From assembly GCA_013265495.1 (NCBI GenBank), contig MU058636.1:1-64000 (forward strand): a DNA stretch of 64,000 nt, written 5' to 3'. This stretch comes from Vicugna vicugna (lineage: Eukaryota). A program made the position numbers and the translations under genes. Of the stretch, positions 57,766 through 64,000 are shown piece after piece (the first letter of the stretch is position 1; each line of letters begins with the position of its first letter). Under the pieces are notes generated by a model. The model saw only the letters and a program-made list of their open reading frames with translations. It was not told where the DNA came from and searched no databases.

Positions 57766-60614
57766 CCCAGCAACATGAGTGAGTCTTCCGCAGTCAGTTT
57801 CTGCAAAGCGCCTTGGAAGACGCAGTCAGCTGTAGCGAGGTATTATTACAGTCCAGTGCTGCTCCGCCTTAGTGACAAGTACAGGGCAAGGAAGGCCAAG
57901 GACAGGCAGTCTGGCTGTTAAATGACAGCCATTCCACCTTCAACATCAGTGGGTTACCTCCCAAGTCTTGAACTAGGAAGATAGACTAACTTCCATAAGA
58001 AAGCTTTGATGGGCTGGATGAGGCACTTCCGTACATATTTTGTTCTGTTTAAAGAATGTCAACCCCCTGAGGCGAACCAGGCTTTCGTCAACTCCAGTCC
58101 AAACCCAGTACAACATCCCCAAACCCCACCCTGCTCTGCTGAAACACCTGCAGTAAAGCTCGGATTGTGCAAAACTCTCTAATTCCCGTCCTGGTCGCTC
58201 GAACTTTCAATGGACAGAAGTTTATCTTCTGCAGCATCATTTCTTTATTAAAAAAAGGCTGTTATATCAATTAGTATCAATAAGATAATAACCTCATGAT
58301 AGGAACAAAGTGCCTTTGCATTTTGCAATATAATCTGCAGAGTTCGTGGAAATGTTCTGTTTCATGGTTAGCATCTATTTGATTGGTAAATAGCAGTTTA
58401 TCAACGCTGCCTTAACCACTAGGATGGTCTCAAGTGGCTGTGATTTGACCAACACATACACACATATACATTCTGCACATATGTACATAGAAATGTAGAC
58501 AGGTAGACATACCCTGCAATCTCCATGCAAGCGAGGGCTTTTTGTTTTTTATTGTCCACTCTTTTATCCCAAGCATCTAGAAAAGTACCAGCACATCAAA
58601 GACCATATCCACACACAGTCTCCTAATATCTGCAGAGTCTTCAAATACACATACATGAATGAACACAAAAGCTCCCCCCGTCCTGAAGTCAGAGATGCCA
58701 ACGGGTCTTCTTTGTGTGTTTCCTTCTGGGGAGCACAGGGCTCCCCCTCCCTCGAGGCTGTGATGGTGTTCCGGGGTTCTGAGCGTTCCTAACCTCCCCA
58801 GCACCCAACAGGCGTGCACCTGATCCTTGCTCTTGGCTTCTCGGATTTGATTCTGGTCCACTGGGTCCTGGCCTGGCCCTGGGGGCTACTCTGCTTCCCC
58901 AAAGATCTTGGGTCCCCAAACCCAGCTTGGGAAGGGCCTTTGGTGCTTCTTTGCTTCACTGGGATGTCCTACAAACTTACAAACAGTAACTGAACAGGAC
59001 AGAACTGGCATCTGGGCTCTCAGGCGTTACAGCATCCTTGTTCGCTGTCCTTGGTACTGATGGTTGGTGTCTGATTATGTGCAACTAGGAGCTCACAGGG
59101 AACAAAGCCAGGGGCTGGGTATCGCCCTTTGCACACCAGCGCATAGTCAGCCAGAGCACGACTGGCCAAATGGATGGGCTTGCTAACATGGTAGCCCCCA
59201 AACAGACTTCACCTGAAGGAACTGATGTAGCAACCTCTGAGCTCTGCTCTTTCGTCTTCTAAGGAGTCACATCCACTGGGAGATGAACAAGGTCTGAGTG
59301 CAATCATGTGTTTGCCTGGTCTCCAGGACAGAGCGGCTGCAGGCTGGCATAGGACAGGCTGATGGAAGTGACTGTCTCTCCCCGGGGTCTGCCCTGCCTC
59401 CCATAGTGTCAGGCCTATAGGGCTTGGGTGGTGTGGACCCCCTGGAAGGACCCTCATTTCTCCACATCAAAAGACGGTCACGACCCCTCTGCCCATGAAG
59501 AAAAGGGAAAACCGAGGAATTCTCCAGTCCTGCCCTCCTCCTCGGCAGGGAGCATGGCGGGGCAGCAAAGAGCCCTGGCTTGCAGCCCGGTCGCAGATGG
59601 TTTCCAATCTCTGCTCTGCTACTTACTACCTGCACCATTTTAGGAAAGTTGCATAACCTCCCTGGGCTTCAGCTCCTGTAACTGGAAAATGGCAGAAGTC
59701 ACCACCAAGCACATAAGGCTGTGACGAGGTTGGGCGCTAGTGAGCGTGGAGTGTGGGGTGCGCAGGCAGACCCTCGTGGTTCTGTCCTGACGGCTCACCT
59801 ACAGCCACCACAACAACTGGATGTGCCAGCCCCTCCTGGTCAGCCTCTGCGTACGCCCCGTTCCCCACCCACAGCGGAGCACGCATCAGGCCCATTTCCC
59901 AGCGCGGCCCAACCGCGTGGTGCAACAACATGTAAAGTGGGCTTTATTCCAGCTTTGATGAGGATCCGGTAGAGAGGACCCAGCACCCAAAGCACAGGAG
60001 AAACAATGAAATTCCCCCGCTTGATAACTCAGAAGTTTCCCTTGACAGCCATCCGGCTCACATGTCTCCTCCTCTCCCCACGATGCAGATTCTGAAGATC
60101 TCAGTGCTGCCCTGAGAAGTCCTGCCCCACCGTCAGCTCTGTACCCGACCCTGCAAAGGACGGGGCCACAGTCAGCAGCCCTCTGCCTGGCCCGCAGCTG
60201 GGGTGGGCCTGAAGCCCCGGAGCCCTGGCCCAGCGCTCTCTCTGGGGCTCTCCGACTCAGGGAAGGAAGACACAGGCAGGGCTCAATCAGACCATTGGTC
60301 TCCTGTCCCGTCCTGCCCTGGGGCAGGAGCACTTTAATGAGCGTCCTGCAGGTGTCCAGATCTACTGCCTCCATCAGTCCTGACAGCGAGTGAGCAGGAG
60401 GATGAGACCCTCGGCCGCCTTTGAACAGTGCAGCCAAAGGCAGGGTTTCCGGGGAGGGCAGAGCACCCACCACCTCGCCAGCCCCTCTTTCCTCTGGCGG
60501 GCTGGCAGCTGACACCTGCTGTGCCGTTCCCGCCGGCAGGCCTGGACTGGAGCAGTGGTATGAGGTGGGATGTGAGCTGTATATCCTCCTGCTCGGCACC
60601 AGCATCTTGGGTCC

Positions 60615-60755
60615 CCCACCTGCTGGCTACTTAACGTCTCCGAGACTCAGTTTCCCGTCTGTAAAACATGGATAATATTACCTCTCAAAAAACCAAGGTC
60701 AATGTCCAGTGCCTGGCACAACGCACATCGCCAACAGAGTGCCTACTTGTTCCTG
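60615..60755 (+). mobile_element. MIR remnant
   Basis: ACTTAACGTCTCCGAGACTCAGTTTCCCGTCTGTAAAACATGGATAATATTACCTCTC...CAGTGCCTGGCACA. Confidence 0.7.
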
Positions 60756-60932
60756 GTTTGGGGTCTCCATACCCACCGGGTATGAGGCTTTATTGCACAG
60801 GTCAGCCAGTAAGCCATCCTCAGAGGCTGCTGCCGTCGCCCTGGACCATGTGCCTTTCTTCCTGCCTGGACCACGGGATTTCATTCTCATCATCCCGTGT
60901 TTTCCTCTAATAAGATAAAAAGAAAAAAAGAC

Positions 60933-61158
60933 CAGCAGTCTTCAACTGGGGCAATTCTGCTAAGTCCCCCACCCTCAGGGGACATTGAGCAGTGTCTGGA
61001 GATGTTTCTGGCTGTCAGAACTGGGGAGCTGGGGGTGTTACTGGAACCTGGTGGGTGAGAGCAGGGATGCTTCTAAACGTGATGCAACGTGCAGGACAAG
61101 CCCTACAGCAAGGAACCACCCAGCCCGCGATGCTGACGCGCTGAGGCGGCAGGCCCTG
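60933..61158. mobile_element. MER20 (hAT-Charlie MITE)
   Basis: CAGCAGTCTTCAACTGGGG...CAGGGGACATTGAGCAGTGTCTGGAGATGTTTCTGGCTGTCAGAACTGGGG...CAGGGATGCTTCTAAAC...CCCTG. Confidence 0.85.
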
Positions 61159-61201
61159 AGATAGACCTTGTGTCCGGAAGGTGTGCGCTTGCACATAAAA
61201 C

Positions 61202-61651
61202 TGCTTCTGAACGCAAGTTCCTGTGCCCTCCTCACAGTGAGGCCAAAAAACATCGAAACATGGGAGTTCAGAGCAGAGACAGGTTTCCTGCAGGGCTGAG
61301 CGAGGGGAACGCGCGTGGCTCATGCCCGAAAAACCCCAAACGCCCAGAAGGGTTTCAGCTGAGCATTTTGAAAGGCCTGCTGAGGGAGGGGCGCCCCAGG
61401 ATATGTGATTGGCTGTGCACAATTCTGAGTGGTAGATGGTGGTCAATCCTTAGGTGCCAGCAGGTCTGGGGGCTCCATGCTCGTGCTCATCCAGCGGTTG
61501 TTGTCTTCCACTTGGTGTGGTTTTTAGCATCTGAAGAACCCAGGAAATCTGTATGAGATCCTATGATCCGGGTGCTTCAGAGGGGCTGCGGCCGAGGACG
61601 TGGGGGACGGGTCTGTCCTGGGAAGGCCCCACAGGGCCCTGTTCAGTTACA
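61202..61651 (-). mobile_element. ERV1-class solo LTR (family of 32514-32976)
   Basis: Reverse complement begins TGTAACTGAACAGGGCCCTGTGGGGCCTTCCCAGGACAGACC. Flanks AAAC/AAAT form a near-TSD. Confidence 0.85.
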
Positions 61652-62875
61652 AAATGGCATTTTTTTTTATTAAGTGGGGAAAAAATGTTATTGGAGGCAA
61701 CTATGCAAAAAGTGCACTCATGGACAATTTCTCTGAAAGGAAAGCAAAAATTGTTATCAGGAGAGGAAGATCTCAGATGATTTCTCTTGCATTTTGAATC
61801 TTCCTGGAGGGTTGTTTGGGCAACAGATAAAGAAGTGAATTTTTCTAGAGTGTAGCGCAAGGTTCAGCTGGTAACTGAAGCAAGGCAGCCAGCACGCGGA
61901 GACTCGGTGACCTTCAAACGCTCTCCCTCCTCCCAGTGGGTCGATTTATCCACACCTCGTGCAGCTCGTAAAAGCCTGAGACAGAACCACACTAAGATAA
62001 ACCAACATGGAGGCGGGCGGGTTAAAATCATGTAAACAGGGTCTTTACATTCTTTTTTCTTTTAACTTCATTGTTCATTAAACCAGAAAATGACAGCAAC
62101 TGCCAGGACTATAGTTAGGTCAGTGGGGACCAAAAAATGTCTGGTTTGACTGGTTTTTCCTTTAAAAAAAGAAGTTTTTCCCCAGAAACTGTTTCGCCCT
62201 GCCAAGTCATTAAAAACTGCCAAACCCATCTGTGTGTAAAATGAAACCGAAGCAGTAGGTCAGAGGAAAAAAAGCAAGCATTTAAAGTCCCTTCCACATT
62301 ATAGGACAGACAGCTTCCATAATCACGAAAGAAAAAAAATTGGACATTGATCGTGAAATGACGTGGCGGAACATCAGAAGACCTTGTTATATGGAGCTGG
62401 GAAAAGACTCCAGCACAGAACAGAAGGTTCATCGGGGCAAGACACTTAAAAGTCCTGTTCATTCAAGGCCAAAGGGATGGCTTAGATCCCAAAATGCTAT
62501 TAAAGAACTAGTTACACCCCACGTCCGTGGGTGACTGCTTTTAGTCACTGTCAGCACAGTGGGTTAATTTGCATGTGATTTACATACAATCTTCTGCAGG
62601 CAGATTAAGGCATTCACAAGCCTGAACTTTTTATTATTTCTTCTTTCAAAGAGAAGGGTCCACTGACTAATGGTGTGAGTTTCTTTAAGCTCTGTTAGTC
62701 ACAGTGGGTTCTGTCGTTTCCGCCTCCAACCACAGCTCGTGATTTCCCTGCGATTTATTTACTAATAGTCTGATCAAGGCAAGGAAGCAGGACACTCTAA
62801 CCTTTAACCTTTGCGATGGTTATATAGGATGGGGTTGAGCTTGGTTCCCTAGCAGAAAGTGCCAAAGTTGTGAAG

Positions 62876-63392
62876 TTATAAACAACACTGTTTATGAAAA
62901 CATTAGCTTGGCAAAAATTAGCTTTGAGGCAGTATTCTGTAAATGGGTCCAGATAATTCGATCAGCTCATCCTCCCTGTCTAGTCCTGCAGTCTTGCTGA
63001 AATAATCTGTTTATTCATCGATTCATTTATGCTGCGCTCCACAAATGCTTCTGGGAAGTGCGCACGTGCACCACACAGAGTAGCTGAGATGACCAAGCTG
63101 AGGAAAAAGACTTACGCCAGGAGAGATTAGAACAATTATAAACAACATTGTTTATGAAAACATTAGCTTGACAAAAATTAGCTTTGAGGCAGTATTCTGT
63201 AATGGGTCCAGATAATTCGATCAGCTCATCCTCCCTGTCTAGTCTTGCAGTCTTGCTGAAATAATCTGTTTATTCATCGATTCATTTATGCTGCGCTCCA
63301 CAAATGCTTCTGGGAAGTGCGCGCGTGCACCACACAGAGTAGCTGAGATGACCAAGCTGAGGAAAAAGACTTACGCCAGGAGAGATTAGAAC
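62876..63392. repeat. 260-bp-period tandem duplication (2 copies)
   Basis: 62876-63133 vs 63136-63392: 4 substitutions and one 1-bp indel by manual alignment. Confidence 0.95.
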
Positions 63393-64000
63393 GCAGAACG
63401 CATGCCACCCCGTGCGTTGGGAAGGACAGATCGGCCTCAGGAGAGGGAGCCCCACCAGGGCAGAGAGGAAGGCAGCGGCAGGGACACTGCCTGGGCTCCG
63501 CGCGGGGACGTGGGGCAGCCAGGAATTCCCACTGCACCTGTGAGACTCTCTTCAAAGACAAACGGACTTACAGCCTAATCTTGGTGGCACTTTGAGGTTT
63601 GTTACGTTTTTCCCTGAACTTTTCTGTGTATTGACATCTTTTGTGTTTAAGTATCAAACATGACGAAAAGGAAGTCTGAGGACAGCCTGAAGGATCTAGA
63701 ACACCGTGCCTGGGGTTCTGAGCGTGGTTCTCCAGGCGTGAATCAGCGTTCGAGCAGAGGGCAGTCTTGTCAGCGCTGTGCCCTAGGGAGGTTGTTCTAG
63801 CAGTCGCATAGAACTGGCACAGAGGACCAGGGCTAGAGGCAAAGAAATCTTAGAAGTTGTTACAAGACATGGTGCAACCTACCATACTAATCAGGAAACA
63901 CACACATATTTGTGTGAAGTAGATAAAATACTATTCTCTTGCTCTTCCCGTGACACATGCTCAGCTCCACCCCTATGCTCCGACATCACGTTCTCAAAGC

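Noticed and set aside
59886..60605. Longest ORF in the window (239 aa, minus strand)
   Set aside because: GC-rich composition with no recognisable motif or supporting splice or promoter structure, so probably a chance ORF.

Overview
This is mammalian genomic DNA, most likely camelid (alpaca/camel lineage). That call rests on six copies of a tRNA-Ala-derived SINE with the camelid-type AAATAAA...CCTAATTACCTCCCC tail and on cetartiodactyl-type L1 3' ends. The window is repeat-rich: many 5'-truncated L1s, at least eight ERV-type solo LTRs, MaLR (MLT1) LTRs, hAT MITEs (Charlie1a-, MER53-, MER33- and MER20-like) and MIR/L2 remnants. I cannot recognise any known protein-coding gene. Most ORFs in the track are explained by GC-rich or repeat sequence, apart from L1 ORF2 remnants. 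Three CpG-island-like regions stand out (~11.9-12.6 kb, ~26.95-28.1 kb, ~35.85-36.7 kb). The central one carries three ~42-bp-phased GC-box/RFX X-box modules. Downstream of it on the minus strand is a series of plausible splice sites that can be joined into a speculative ~107-aa ORF. An octamer/CCAAT-array LTR lies in the same orientation just inside the putative intron. Other points of interest are an inverted pair of apparently chimeric LTRs bracketing that promoter, a 5'-inverted L1 missing almost all of ORF2, and a 33-bp internally deleted SINE. There is also strong local AT-to-GC drift in repeats, a 260-bp tandem duplication and several motif-dense candidate enhancers. Repeat family names come from recalled consensus sequences and need RepeatMasker/Dfam confirmation.
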